Shown in pieces: positions 1 to 10,633 of a stretch of DNA of 64,000 nt; within the stretch, counting starts at the first letter, position 1; every line of letters starts with the position of its first letter. A program made the position numbers and the translations under genes. The stretch is from IMG/VR virus record IMGVR_UViG_3300035660_001437; one strand, written 5' to 3'. The stretch comes from a virus. Its lineage: Duplodnaviria > Heunggongvirae > Uroviricota > Caudoviricetes. The notes beneath the pieces are model-generated. The model was not told the origin of the DNA. It made no database searches and was given only the letters and a program-made list of their open reading frames with translations.

Positions 1-954
1 GGTGTGTGTGTGATGCTTGAGTGATGGGGAACGCATCACCTAAAAAGAAACTTCCAGAATTTCGCTCCAGGGTAGCTTCTCATCACTTCAAAAGTAGCTT
101 CCTAATTTGAGTGGGGCAAAAAAAAGAGAGTTTGCAGTTATCTGTCGAATATGCAATGTGGAACCTCTAGGGCAAGCACAGTAGCGCAAATGTACGCAAC
201 GAAGAAGCCTGGAACGCCGAAAGCAAAATAGCCAACGGAAACGAGTACCCCTAAAAGAATTACTGATAGAGGCATTACTATAGCCATGTGAATAGGGTTA
301 AAGTCTTGCCAAACGCTATGTTTCGGCTGGTCTTCTCTGAACAGCAAGAATTTAATTACATAGCTGCACCAACTGCCCAGTCGCCTACATACCATCTGAA
401 ACCTGCTGCGACACTTATGAGGGACGCTACTGTCATTATTGCTGGGAGATACTTTATTATTTTTGTTTTCCACAATCTTTTTCACCTCCCACAAATGTTT
501 AATAATGCGCGGCGCCGCATTACTTTTAGGCTCTTTTACTCTTCTCAGAGCTCACTTCGTTCGCTCTTCGCTACGCTCGGAGTACATTATCATCGCAATG
601 CTCTCGAATAGCTTTATGTCGTTTATATAGTACCCTTCAAGTTCTTGAAGTGCCTCGTTTATTCTCTTCTCAAATTCTTCCACGGTTAATTCGGCTTTGA
701 GGTCTATTATTCTAACTCGCAACGTCCTCACCTCTTTTTGCTTTTGTTGAACCTGCAAAGAGCACAAACCAAGGCTTCTTTCTTCGGTGAAGTGCACTTG
801 CCGTCTTTTATTTCTATGCCGAAAGTTCTGCAAGAACCTTCTTTCTTTGCTAAAGCCGGGAACATGTTTGCTTCTTTTTTAGGCCGTGGTTTCTCGACTT
901 CTACTACTTCAATTGCCTCTGCAGGCTTCTCTTCAACTTCCATTTTATTATCCA

Positions 955-1641
955 CTATCGACCACCTCCAATTTTTTCGCAGTCCCGCCGCACTATGCGT
1001 TTCATGGCCTGCCCGCGTTGCGATAGCGAGCACTCGCTCGCGCGCCGCTGGAGACAACCACGAGCCGGTGCGGTTTCGGGGCAAACTACCTCTCTGAATA
1101 TTTTATTGTCCATCTTCCACTGCTCTATGTAATCGCAAATCACTTCGTTCTGGCCGTCGATTATGATGTAGCCGAAAGGCATCGGCGGCCTTTCGCCTAT
1201 TCTCTTAGGTACTGTTCGGAGTGTCAATTCTCTTTCAACTTGATGGAAGTACCTGAAGAGTTCTTCAACTATGTGAAGAGTGCGAAGTCTAGTCAATATT
1301 CGCTGGACTTTTGAATGAGGCATTACTGCTCCAAATATCGCGTGCGCGTGAAAAGCTTTCATTCCGTCGAGAGTCATGTACCCTCTCCATGGACTCTGCA
1401 TTATGAGCAGGTCTCCACAAGAGTATTTTCTCGTTACCCCCTCGGCTATTTGAGTGATTCTGTACATGTCGAAGCAGTCAAAGTCGAGCAGCAGGCCTTT
1501 TTGGGTTGTAAATGCAAGTAACGGCACGGCTACGCCAACTGTCTGATTCTTTTTCTCGCCCTCTCTCGCGCTAAGAGCATTCTCGCAATTCTTTCCGCGC
1601 CCTTTTCCTCTTCCTTGTACTTTCTGCCCTCTGGTCTCCAA
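955..1641 (-). CDS. hypothetical protein
   Basis: 228-aa ORF in the minus-strand gene array; no recognisable motif; overlaps next ORF start region. Confidence 0.3.
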   Translation of the reverse strand: METRGQKVQGRGKGRGKNCENALSAREGEKKNQTVGVAVPLLAFTTQKGLLLDFDCFDMYRITQIAEGVTRKYSCGDLLIMQSPWRGYMTLDGMKAFHAHAIFGAVMPHSKVQRILTRLRTLHIVEELFRYFHQVERELTLRTVPKRIGERPPMPFGYIIIDGQNEVICDYIEQWKMDNKIFREVVCPETAPARGCLQRRASECSLSQRGQAMKRIVRRDCEKIGGGR

Positions 1642-2099
1642 CTATCGAACTTCCCCCTAACTCCTTTTCTCTTACTAACCTGGGCTATTTCTATAATGCC
1701 CTCGTGCTCTATCCACTTTCCTCTCAACAAGTGTGACGGGTCTAGGAAGAACTGGTAATAATAGTTCTTCGGAATTTGCCCCTTGTAAAGCCGGTCGTAC
1801 ACGGCTTTTTTAATCTCGTAAATCTGATGGTTCGTGTAGTCTCTGTTGTCCCAGACTACGTCGAAAGAGAACTTTTGTCTCTGGCCGTTTATTATCGCCA
1901 TCCCGTATATTGACCATATTCGAGCTTTCGGGTTAATCTCAAAAGTCATTCTTTTTGCGGCGTCGCCAACGGCTCTAATTCTTGCCTGCCTTCTCCTTTC
2001 CTCTGCAATCTTATCGAACTTAGGCATAGGCCGGCCTTGTGCTTTCACGAGCGTCTTTCTTTTACCGAAAGCTCGCTGCTCAAACCTGGATTCGGCCAT
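1530..2099 (-). CDS. hypothetical basic protein
   Basis: 189-aa ORF, K/R-rich termini; no recognised domain. Confidence 0.35.
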   Translation of the reverse strand: MAESRFEQRAFGKRKTLVKAQGRPMPKFDKIAEERRRQARIRAVGDAAKRMTFEINPKARIWSIYGMAIINGQRQKFSFDVVWDNRDYTNHQIYEIKKAVYDRLYKGQIPKNYYYQFFLDPSHLLRGKWIEHEGIIEIAQVSKRKGVRGKFDSWRPEGRKYKEEEKGAERIARMLLARERARKRIRQLA

Positions 2100-2626
2100 G
2101 CTTGTCCACTCTGGCTCTAGGATAGGCGAACCTGACCTAGCAGACTCTTCTTATCTCCACGACACACCTAGCACCTTGCGATGCGGTCTTTAGCTTTTCG
2201 GCGTGTTTAGAGGCGCACTCATGGACGTGGAATTCAACCCCATCCATTTACCGCTTTTTTGCATTTCGGGGCCTGCCATTCCCTACCAACGCAATAAGGT
2301 CTTGCTGATTCGCTTACTTTCCTGCCACATTGGGTGTAAATATGAATTATAAAAAAAGTTGGGCGACGGCGTGTGAGCCGTCAAATAGTCGCTTGTATCC
2401 AAATGCGCAGCCGAGTAACTGCCGAGCATGACTTGTCTACTCTTCTGGCGCTTCCAACTGCAGCTCTTTTGCCGCGTCTTCTAGAGACATTCCTGCTTTT
2501 TGCGCGAATCCTTTGAGGTATTCAAATTGACTGTCTTTAAGGTTATAGCGCTTTTTGATGTCGCCTTCTTTGCCTGCCGGTTCACGACTTTCAGCTGCTA
2601 CTTTTTTTTTTGCCAGGGCTTGGGCT

Positions 2627-3421
2627 TTACAGGCTGCGGTTTGTGAGGCGGAAAGTGTATTCAGAGGCTTTATATGGAGTGATAGTTATTAGCTGGTTAG
2701 ACCTTATTTGACGTTCTTCACCGGTTATGACGTCTCTAACGAGCAACACGTTCCCATTTCGATGGATAATTTCACAGAAATGGGTCATGCCGTCGTTTTT
2801 GTAGCTTGTGATATGCCCATTGAATAAACTCTCTTGGTCAGTTTCCTCCACGCTGTGTAATTCACGCAGCGAAGAGGGAACTCGTTTAGACTCCGTTTCC
2901 TCAACCGCTTCTCCTTCTGCCTCGGCTTCTGGCTCTGCAGCTTTCTTCTTGAAAGGCGACCACTTTTTGATTGGCTTTGCTGGCGCTGCCGCAGTTTTTG
3001 CCGGCTTTTCTGCTGCTGCTTTGACTCCGCGTCCGTATCCTTCGAGAGCATCTGGCGCGTGATTTTCTAGGTACTTTTTCATCATCCATTTGCGGCCGTG
3101 CGTAAGGTCTGTAGCATTAAGCGCTGCGAGCGGTATGCCGTGCGCCGTAAATACGTGCTCTGCTGCTTCCCCGACCTTGAAAACTCCCTCGCCGCAAACT
3201 AGACATCCATAGCCGTTATTCTCTTCGTCCCATTGAAGGTGGACGTCACCCTCTCTGACTGCAATAGGCGCTCTCGCCCTTGCTTGAGCTGGAGCTGCTG
3301 CTCTTTGTTGCGCTGGGGGTACTTGACCGCCTAAAAGACTTTGCAAAATTTCGACGACGTGCTGTAGAGCTGCTTTTTCGTTTTCTCTCATTTTCTCATT
3401 TCTCCATTTTCGGTGCTGCAT
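2627..3421 (-). CDS. hypothetical protein with C2H2-like zinc finger and Ala/Lys/Pro-rich linker
   Basis: CLVCGEG...HVFTAHG C-x2-C...H-x4-H pattern; AEKPAKTAAAPAKP low-complexity stretch; TATA-like motif about 25 nt upstream of start (3441-3448). Confidence 0.45.
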   Translation of the reverse strand: MQHRKWRNEKMRENEKAALQHVVEILQSLLGGQVPPAQQRAAAPAQARARAPIAVREGDVHLQWDEENNGYGCLVCGEGVFKVGEAAEHVFTAHGIPLAALNATDLTHGRKWMMKKYLENHAPDALEGYGRGVKAAAEKPAKTAAAPAKPIKKWSPFKKKAAEPEAEAEGEAVEETESKRVPSSLRELHSVEETDQESLFNGHITSYKNDGMTHFCEIIHRNGNVLLVRDVITGEERQIRSNQLITITPYKASEYTFRLTNRSL

Positions 3422-3453
3422 AGTGTAGCAAAACTAGTATATAAAGTTTGCTG

Positions 3454-3957
3454 CTATTTCCGCCACGAAGGCTTTTGCTCACTTGGTTGTGGTTGCTGCT
3501 CACCCTGGAAGCCGCCTTGCTCGCGAGGCATTTCTGACACATACTGCAGGAACTGAGTTAGCTCTTCTGTGTTTTCGCCTGTTACTTCTATCTTAATGAA
3601 TCCCAGGTCTATCTTAAGTGTCTTTCCTTGTATGTCTATCTGGTCTGCAGAAACTGGAATCATCGCGCTTCTTCCCCAGCCACCGAGTGTAAGTGCCGCG
3701 AACGTGCCCTCGAATTTGCTTGGGAATATCATACATATTGCACCAGAGCGTCCTTGAGCGGCTACTCTTCCACTTATCTGAGCAAAAGGTTTGCCTGTTT
3801 TTTGACTCTCTTTTATGACGAAAGTTGGCGGGCCTTGCCGTCTTTGTTGGTAGCCGCCTCTTCCGTATCCTCCGCTTGGCTGCGCCTGTGGTTGTTCTGC
3901 TGGTGGTTGCTCTGCTTGCGCAGGCTTCTTCCATGTCTGTTGCTTTTTAAAAGTCAT
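3454..3957 (-). CDS. hypothetical protein, Gln/Gly/Pro-rich termini
   Basis: 167-aa ORF preceded by AGGAG SD and by a conserved promoter motif (cacgtatataaacattact) at 4001-4019. Confidence 0.45.
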   Translation of the reverse strand: MTFKKQQTWKKPAQAEQPPAEQPQAQPSGGYGRGGYQQRRQGPPTFVIKESQKTGKPFAQISGRVAAQGRSGAICMIFPSKFEGTFAALTLGGWGRSAMIPVSADQIDIQGKTLKIDLGFIKIEVTGENTEELTQFLQYVSEMPREQGGFQGEQQPQPSEQKPSWRK

Positions 3958-3995
3958 TCTTCATTTCTCCTTTAAAACGGTACATATATAAGGAT

Positions 3996-4020
3996 ACATA
4001 CACGTATATAAACATTACTA
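3996..4020 (-). promoter_or_regulatory. archaeal BRE/TATA promoter (TTTATATA on minus strand)
   Basis: Motif AGTAATGTTTATATACGTG, near-identical to the motif upstream of the flotillin gene at about 15200; about 45 nt upstream of ATG. Confidence 0.5.
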
Positions 4021-4036
4021 TACAAAAAAAGGAGGG

Positions 4037-4576
4037 TTATACGAGCCTTTTGAGCTCGTATTTGCTGAGAGGTCTCAATCCCATCTTTGCCCTCGTTTCG
4101 TTAATTTGCTTTAATCTTCGCTTGTCCGGGTCTGTAAGTCTTGGAGCTTTCATGCCTAAGCTTTTGAGCTGCTTCTTTATCTCCGGCCTTTCGTGGTTTC
4201 TGTAGTGGAAGTTAGAGGTAAGTTTATCGAACGTGGTTACTTTGTCCAGCAGCCGCATATCTTCCTTGTCTATTCTCTTAGTTTTACTTCGAAACTCGCC
4301 TGTTGCTATTTTGAGAGCTTTGACCGCCTTTTTGTCGGTGTTAAGCTTTATGCAGTTGTCAGGAGTGCATTGATTATTGTTTAATTTTCTGCCTCTGCAA
4401 TTCCTCGGGCATTTGAAGACTTTGAACGGCGTAAATCTCTTCTCTGCTTTTATATTTTCGTAAACATTTTGCGCTTCCAGTAGATTTATATCTTTTCGCT
4501 TTACCATTCCACGAAAGCCCCCTCGTGGCAGGTTGGGCATCTCCAAATAGTCATATCTTTGTTGAGACATAAGCAA
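4037..4576 (-). CDS. hypothetical basic protein
   Basis: 179-aa ORF, lysine/arginine rich, no recognised domain. Confidence 0.4.
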   Translation of the reverse strand: MLMSQQRYDYLEMPNLPRGGFRGMVKRKDINLLEAQNVYENIKAEKRFTPFKVFKCPRNCRGRKLNNNQCTPDNCIKLNTDKKAVKALKIATGEFRSKTKRIDKEDMRLLDKVTTFDKLTSNFHYRNHERPEIKKQLKSLGMKAPRLTDPDKRRLKQINETRAKMGLRPLSKYELKRLV

Positions 4577-4776
4577 GCTCCGTGTTCTTTGTAATAGACC
4601 GTCTCTATGCCGTTCTCTTGTCTGAACCAGAATACTTTGCCCTCTGTAACACTATGCAAGCCGTCTTTGACTGAAGAGTTAAAGTTGGGCATGTCTGAAA
4701 TATCTAATAGTCTTTTAGGTCTTTTTACCATCCGCCTCACATCCGCACAGTTAACCTATATTGTCGTTGCACGTAT

Positions 4777-5220
4777 TTATAGTTTTCGATGTTCTTTGCT
4801 AGCAAATTGCTCGCAAATGCCGACCTTTATATCGCTCGATATTCCAATTTTTCTGAGGATAAAGTGCAAAGCTTCTTCTGATTCGTATATGTATTGCTGC
4901 CCTTTCGAGGTTATGCTATATACTTTTTTAGGCCTGCCGTTGTTCAAGTCCCACTTCGAGACTATATATCCAAGTCGCTCTAACTCTGCAAGCATAGGAT
5001 ATATAGTACTTGCGCCGAAGTATATTCCGAACATCCCCCTAAATCTAACTATTGCATGATAGCCGTGCATCGGTTGACCGTTTATTAGAGTTACAAGCAG
5101 AAAGTCCAACATTCCTTTGAGTACTTTCTCCGTGAATATGTCTTTTTTCTGCATTGTTTTCACCTCCGCAAGACGAATAAGCCGTTCTCTGTCCTGAGCT
5201 GAATCTTTGCAATATTCCAA
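4777..5220 (-). CDS. PadR-family winged-helix transcriptional regulator
   Basis: MHGYHAIV...YPMLAELERLGYIVSKWD...KKVYSITSKGQ matches the PadR wHTH signature (GYE(L/I), YP-L-LE-GxI, KxYxIT-xG). Confidence 0.55.
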   Translation of the reverse strand: MEYCKDSAQDRERLIRLAEVKTMQKKDIFTEKVLKGMLDFLLVTLINGQPMHGYHAIVRFRGMFGIYFGASTIYPMLAELERLGYIVSKWDLNNGRPKKVYSITSKGQQYIYESEEALHFILRKIGISSDIKVGICEQFASKEHRKL

Positions 5221-5629
5221 TATTCTATCAGATATGACGCAGCCAACGTTTCAATGTTCTGGCCTTGTATGAGCTCTTTTTGCATCGGTCTGGGATTGAC
5301 TCTCAGCCATAGTCTGAACTCTTTCAAATCTGCTTCCAACATTTCTACCGACCTCCTGAATACGCGCCTATTCCAAAAGGCCTGCTGGCTTCGCTACGCT
5401 CAGCCTGTATGCAGACCATCGGAATTTTTCGCGGAGTCATATTCCGGCTCATGGAATATAGTGCAAATAGAAATATATAAACATTTGCATTTGATAATCT
5501 GCAAAATAAGTTGTCTGCCTCTCTCAGCAGGCAAAAGTTTGTCCTGCTCCGAGGAAGAAGAAGGAAAACTGCGGCCAGCTGAGAGAGTATGCAGAATAAA
5601 AATAAAAAAAATTGGATGGAAGAAGAAGC

Positions 5630-6085
5630 TTACTTCTTCTGCCATTTCTTTGGAGCTGGTTTGGCCGCTTGAGCCTGTTCTGCTGCTATTTCGGCGGATA
5701 TCTTCCTCGCTTTTTTGATAGCCGCGTCTGCTACGCCTGCAATTTCTTTTGTTATTTTTGGCTCTTTTGCCTGCTTTGCCGGCGCCTTCCATTTTGGAAT
5801 TGCCTTGGCTGCCGGAGCTTGAGGAATCTTTGCCGCTTTTTGCTTTGGCTCTTCTTTAGGAGCCTGAGCTTCTGCGGACGCGCGCTTCTTTGCGAAATAG
5901 CGAGCAACTATTTCCTTGAACTTGTCTGGATGGGCCGTTCTGTAGATATAGCCTCTTACGGTTCGAGGGCTAATCTCTAAAGCTTCTGCAATTTGTGGGA
6001 CTTTGTAGCCTTGCTTGTATAGCTGCGCTGCGTATTCGATTTTAGTCTTTGGCTCTGCGACCATTTCTTGCTGTCTTTTTACCAT
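5630..6085 (-). CDS. HTH DNA-binding protein with Ala/Lys/Pro-rich (histone H1-like) C-terminal tail
   Basis: QGYKVPQIAEALEISPRTVRGYI helix-turn-helix; C-terminal about 90 aa AKP/KK-rich low complexity. Confidence 0.5.
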   Translation of the reverse strand: MVKRQQEMVAEPKTKIEYAAQLYKQGYKVPQIAEALEISPRTVRGYIYRTAHPDKFKEIVARYFAKKRASAEAQAPKEEPKQKAAKIPQAPAAKAIPKWKAPAKQAKEPKITKEIAGVADAAIKKARKISAEIAAEQAQAAKPAPKKWQKK

Positions 6086-7095
6086 AATATCGACCTCCTA
6101 CATAATTGATTTGAGCGCATATATCGTTTATGATATTTTTCGCTCAAACATATTGGTAGGCCGGCTCATATATAAAGATTGCTCTTATATTGAAATAATT
6201 TCTCTGCTTGCTTCAATATAAGAGCGAGCGCTGCAAGCGCGAGCTTCAAAAAAGAAGATTTAATTCTGCCAATTTTCTCTGCTGGGAATTATCTCATTTC
6301 AATACAGGCCAAGCTTATCGCCGAACGGCTTGTTCTCTTTTTGTTTTTCTTTTCTTTTTGGCTTTGGCTTTTTACTATGGCATTCAGAGCAAAGAAGCTC
6401 TGAATTTCTTAAAGTTGTCTTGCCTCCATCAGCCCAAGGCTTTTTATGGTGGGCTATAGGTTTTACCAAAATTCAGCACCTTTTCATTTATCGAATTTTT
6501 TCCCGCAATCTTTACATTTGTTATGTTGTCTGTATCTAAGAAGCTCCTTTTGCATCGGCGTTAAAGCTCTTCTGCTGTCCCTTTTTGGCCGCGGATGTAG
6601 AGATATTGGATTTGTGCTTTTGTCTAATAAAGGATTTTTAGATAATAACTTTTTATGCGCCAACTTTCTCACTTCCGGTTAAAGCTGCCTAGGATACCAA
6701 GGGAGCCGCCCGGTTACGAAAGGCTTTGTTATCATTTGCCCGCTTCTTGAATAGCCTTTAGATTTACTTCTTTTTTCATTTGTCTTAGTTATTGTATCTC
6801 TTAGCTCAGATTTCCAAAAGAGGCCAACGTTGTTTAGCAAACTTGTGCTTCTTGCCAAGCCGCTGCTTCGATTACTTCGATTTCTCTTTTCGCTTAAATA
6901 CTCTCTCAAAGAGATACCGAAAGGCGCAGTTCTGTTTATCTTTTCCATATTTCTCAACTCTTACTGCATATATTGAATGCCAGCGACTATATAAAGATTG
7001 CACAAAAGAAATCTGCCAGAAAACTTTGCTAAAAACAGCTCACGGATAGATATGCTCCGTTCGCTCTTTAGTTTGAAAGAGAAAAAAGAGGGAGC

Positions 7096-7290
7096 TTATT
7101 GAGCTCTTTTGCTTTTGATTACGTTTACACTTACGCCATATCCTAAGTCTGCAGGCCATTGAAAGCCTCCGCTGCTGAAGACGATAGTGCTTTTGCCGGT
7201 GCCGGAGATATGCCCTTCTTTGTCTATGTCAAACTCAATCCTCATGTGCCTGCCCTTGAGAGATACGGCCATATTTGGTTTTTCTGCCAT
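7096..7290 (-). CDS. hypothetical small protein
   Basis: 64-aa ORF with TATA-like motif upstream (about 7366-7375). Confidence 0.3.
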   Translation of the reverse strand: MAEKPNMAVSLKGRHMRIEFDIDKEGHISGTGKSTIVFSSGGFQWPADLGYGVSVNVIKSKRAQ

Positions 7291-7593
7291 ATTTTTCTCG
7301 CCTCCTTATAAGTTGAGCGCCTATTCATTGAATTGAATTTTTCGCTCGCATATATACATGGCCTACGGCTTTATAAATGTTGCTCAAACGAATCTGCAAA
7401 AAAAAAAGAGAATTACTGGCCTAGAAGTTCTTTATGATTTTTATGAGCTCTTTTGATTTGTTTTCCTAATAGACGACCTAATTTTGAAAGTATTGCAAAT
7501 CCGCCCATATTAATTAAAATGAAGGTTATTACATCAACTTGTATCATGTTAAAGACCCCTGCAAATTTTTCGGTGCATATATTGGAGACATTC

Positions 7594-7896
7594 TCAAATA
7601 TAAAGCTTGCTACCGGTCTGTCTGCAAACAAGCTCCGGAACTTTTTTCTTTCCGAGCATAATCTGAACGTTCTCTATAGCGAGCAAAAGGACTGTTCCTT
7701 TCTCAGTTGTTGAATATATTTTCTTTTGAGTATCGCCATCAGAAGAAGACAAAAAACCTCGATTATTCAGCCAAGGAACGAAAATTTTCGATTGCGAAAA
7801 GTTAATGTTTGCATCGCTCATTATTCTATTAATGTCATTAGGGCTCCTGCAAACTCTTAGTATGTCTGCGATTATATCTTCATTACTTCGATTCAT
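7594..7896 (-). CDS. hypothetical protein (possible winged helix)
   Basis: 100-aa ORF; weak wHTH-like pattern. Confidence 0.3.
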   Translation of the reverse strand: MNRSNEDIIADILRVCRSPNDINRIMSDANINFSQSKIFVPWLNNRGFLSSSDGDTQKKIYSTTEKGTVLLLAIENVQIMLGKKKVPELVCRQTGSKLYI

Positions 7897-7899
7897 TTT

Positions 7900-8229
7900 T
7901 TAACCTCCAACGACAAAAGATTGCGATAACTTTGCAACTTCGTCATCTATGCGCTTGAACAAGTCAAAATGCTTTTCTCTCCACTCTTTTAGAATGGCTT
8001 TCATTTTAGAATTCTCTTGAGAAAACAGACACACCTCTCTTCTAACATGATTTAGAAACATTGTTGCGTCGCGCTCAAGTTCCTCATCTGTTAATTTTTC
8101 TCTCTCGCGTTTAGTTATGCCATCTTTTACGCCGCAGTTAGTATAGCCGCAAAGTTCGCATATTTTCAGCTGCAGCTCACTGATACATTCGCACAGCTTT
8201 AACAGACTTTCTCTATTTAGAAATGTCAA
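7900..8229 (-). CDS. hypothetical protein
   Basis: 109-aa ORF, coiled-coil-like, Cys pair. Confidence 0.35.
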   Translation of the reverse strand: MTFLNRESLLKLCECISELQLKICELCGYTNCGVKDGITKREREKLTDEELERDATMFLNHVRREVCLFSQENSKMKAILKEWREKHFDLFKRIDDEVAKLSQSFVVGG

Positions 8230-8242
8230 CCTTTTTCACAAC

Positions 8243-9751
8243 CTACTTTAAGGCCCAAGAGAATTTCTTTTGGAGATTTGCCGGATAAATCTTTGCCGCG
8301 TCCAAATCTTTGTCTTTAGCCCACTTGACGAATACTCTCGGGTCTAAATAGCTTCTCAGGCTCGTATTGAGATTATACTCTCTCAAATCACACGCAAGGT
8401 CTATTTCCTTTGCAAGTTTATCGGCCGCTTTTAAGCTGGAAGGAGTAGCTTTCGCCAAAAGCTCGCGCAGTTTCTTCTCCTTCTTTTCGATGCTCTCAAC
8501 CCAGTTCTTCGGCTGCTTGCGCTTGTGGTTCATTGCTATTGCAGCCATAAGATTCGCTCTCTTTGCCTGGTCTACTTTCTCGTAATCATGAGATTTCTTT
8601 GAAACCCTGCTCTCGTCAAGACAATCTTTTGCAACTTTAGTCGCCAAATAAGTCCTGAAAACTTTAGCAGTTAGCCCTTCCATGGCCTCTTTAAGGAAAG
8701 CGTTTACTTTTATAGAGCTTACTCCGTCAAACAAAAGGCCGCTGTCGTTCTTTTCTTTTGAAAATTCAGCCAAGTTTTCAACCACTGCCGGCGGCATCTT
8801 TACCTCTTTGAAGAAGCGCACACCGTCTTTGCCCAGAAAGTCAAAAGTTACTAAATTTTTAGGCTCTTCCAAAATAACAGCATGTTCTCGCCTGAGAGTA
8901 GTAGCGCCAATAGTATCAGCTTCGTCCTCGTCCTTTTCATCTCCCACTCTGATTCCTAAGCTTTCGATTAAATAGCAGCATGTAGCAACTTTCCTTCTCA
9001 ACGGCGCCTGCTTTTTGTCCGCGAGCGTCATTAAAATGTGCATTTTGACTCCGTTTATGTTTTTCGCGAGCTCGTTTGCCTTGTCGTACTTTTCGACTTC
9101 CTCTTCCTGCCTCATAGGCTCCGACTCTGATATCCAAACGTACTTTCTGTTATTGTCCCACTTTGCAATCCAGTAGCTTTCAGGAGCCCACTCTCTTTTA
9201 GCCTTTTCGAAGCCTTTTGGAGTCGGCGCTTCTGACGATAAATTGAGCGTAATGTCTTCAACTTTTACCGCGGGCTTCCATCTGCCTCGAAGCGGATGAT
9301 TGCTCCGGCCCATGAATATTCCGGCCGGCTCGGCCCTGTAATTTGCGAGCTCTACTTTTTTGCCGTCTACCGTTGCATAGCCGTACTTTTCTTTGTTAGC
9401 CCCCGCGATTTTCTTTCTCGCTTCAAGGTCTGCCTTGCGCTCTTCCTTTGACATGCTCTCTTTCTTTTTCTTTTGTTTTTCCACAAAGTTTTCCACGTCT
9501 CTGAAGTCAACTTCCTGCATCGTTACGCCGTTAGAAAGTCCGAAAGCTCTCGCAAAATCATAAAGAAAGTTTCTTATGAACACCTCGTCCTTCATGCAGT
9601 CCAGGTGCTTCTTTTTAATGAAATAGACAGCCATCTCTTCCTGGAGCGGCATCATCTTGACTTTTTTGCCCTTTATGGTTATAGAAAGGCCAACTGGCTC
9701 GTAGATTGGAAGAAGAATCCCAGAATGTTCTAAAGTTTTCATAAAACACAC
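8243..9751 (-). CDS. DNA topoisomerase IB (eukaryotic/poxvirus type)
   Basis: Blocks FMGRSNHPLRGRW, TFDFLGKDGVRFFKEV, EGLTAKVFRTYLAT and the active-site region NTSLRSYLDPRVFVKWAK align with human Topo I FRGRGNHPKMG / EFDFLGKDSIRYYNKV / EGLTAKVFRTYNAS / SKLNYLDPRITVAWCKK (catalytic Tyr in SxxxYLDPR). Annotated start is GTG; the ATG 9 nt downstream (MKTLEH) is the more likely start. Confidence 0.85.
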   Translation of the reverse strand: MCFMKTLEHSGILLPIYEPVGLSITIKGKKVKMMPLQEEMAVYFIKKKHLDCMKDEVFIRNFLYDFARAFGLSNGVTMQEVDFRDVENFVEKQKKKKESMSKEERKADLEARKKIAGANKEKYGYATVDGKKVELANYRAEPAGIFMGRSNHPLRGRWKPAVKVEDITLNLSSEAPTPKGFEKAKREWAPESYWIAKWDNNRKYVWISESEPMRQEEEVEKYDKANELAKNINGVKMHILMTLADKKQAPLRRKVATCCYLIESLGIRVGDEKDEDEADTIGATTLRREHAVILEEPKNLVTFDFLGKDGVRFFKEVKMPPAVVENLAEFSKEKNDSGLLFDGVSSIKVNAFLKEAMEGLTAKVFRTYLATKVAKDCLDESRVSKKSHDYEKVDQAKRANLMAAIAMNHKRKQPKNWVESIEKKEKKLRELLAKATPSSLKAADKLAKEIDLACDLREYNLNTSLRSYLDPRVFVKWAKDKDLDAAKIYPANLQKKFSWALK

Positions 9752-9771
9752 GCACTTTTACGCAAAGGGTT

Positions 9772-9800
9772 GGCATACTAGTATTTAAACTTTTCTAACG
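9772..9800 (-). promoter_or_regulatory. BRE/TATA promoter for topoisomerase IB gene
   Basis: Minus strand reads GAAAAGTTTAAATACTAGTATGCC; TATA about 40 nt upstream of ATG. Confidence 0.45.
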
Positions 9801-9822
9801 AGCTGTTTGCATGTTGCGAACT

Positions 9823-10104
9823 TTATTTCCAAAGTTCAAAGAGGTGAAAAACTAGCGAACCGCCGCGAAGCTGGAAAGTCCCGACGTACTGGAGCTTTTC
9901 GATGTCCTCTTTTATTTCGTGGCCAGTGCCGTACATTCTGAACTCCCGCATTTCATGCTCTGCACTTTCGTCAACCAATGCCCAAATACAAGGCGTTTCA
10001 TTCTGCGTTTGAACTGTTAGAATAACAGCTCCCTTAGGCATCCTGATAAATAATCCCTGTTCTGGCCGTTCTATCGGATATTTGAAAATTCTCAAAGTTT
10101 TCAT
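9823..10104 (-). CDS. hypothetical protein
   Basis: 93-aa ORF. Confidence 0.35.
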   Translation of the reverse strand: MKTLRIFKYPIERPEQGLFIRMPKGAVILTVQTQNETPCIWALVDESAEHEMREFRMYGTGHEIKEDIEKLQYVGTFQLRGGSLVFHLFELWK

Positions 10105-10270
10105 TCACATACCTCGCAAAGCTTGTGGCCGCTCACTCTTCTATGGCAATTCTTTCCTCTAATTTGCTTGCAAGAAGCTAACGCGTCTTTTTTTGATACC
10201 TTGACTTTTTTGCCTTGTATTACAGAAAAGCCTCTTTTGACCTCTCCAAGAGTGATTATGTGGTCGTAAA

Positions 10271-10633
10271 TCATTTCGCTAGCCTTCTTTTTCTATCTCT
10301 GTAAAACCCGGTCTCTTCTATCGGTTTATAATCTTTTACGCGCTCATCTCCGGTCAAAGAAATCTTTGTCAAATTCTTGTACTCTTCGAGCCATTTAGAG
10401 GTGTCGATGCCGAAGACGTAATTGATAACTTTACAGCAAGTACAAACGCAATCTTCCGGAAAAGCGAAGCCGATGTGCTCTATTATAGGTTCTATAACTT
10501 CTACCGCTTTTATCACATGCTCTTCGTCGAGGTACTCTAACATTCCCATGGCACTGCCGAGCTTCTCTTTGAAGAACTCTCTCTGGAAATCTTTGACTTG
10601 TTTATCGAAACTTTTTCTTTCGCTCATCTTCAC
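10271..10633 (-). CDS. hypothetical protein
   Basis: 120-aa ORF. Confidence 0.35.
   Translation of the reverse strand: MKMSERKSFDKQVKDFQREFFKEKLGSAMGMLEYLDEEHVIKAVEVIEPIIEHIGFAFPEDCVCTCCKVINYVFGIDTSKWLEEYKNLTKISLTGDERVKDYKPIEETGFYRDRKRRLAK

Noticed and set aside
1-12. (GT)n microsatellite at window start
   Set aside because: Only about 6 units; likely a trivial simple repeat or a window edge.
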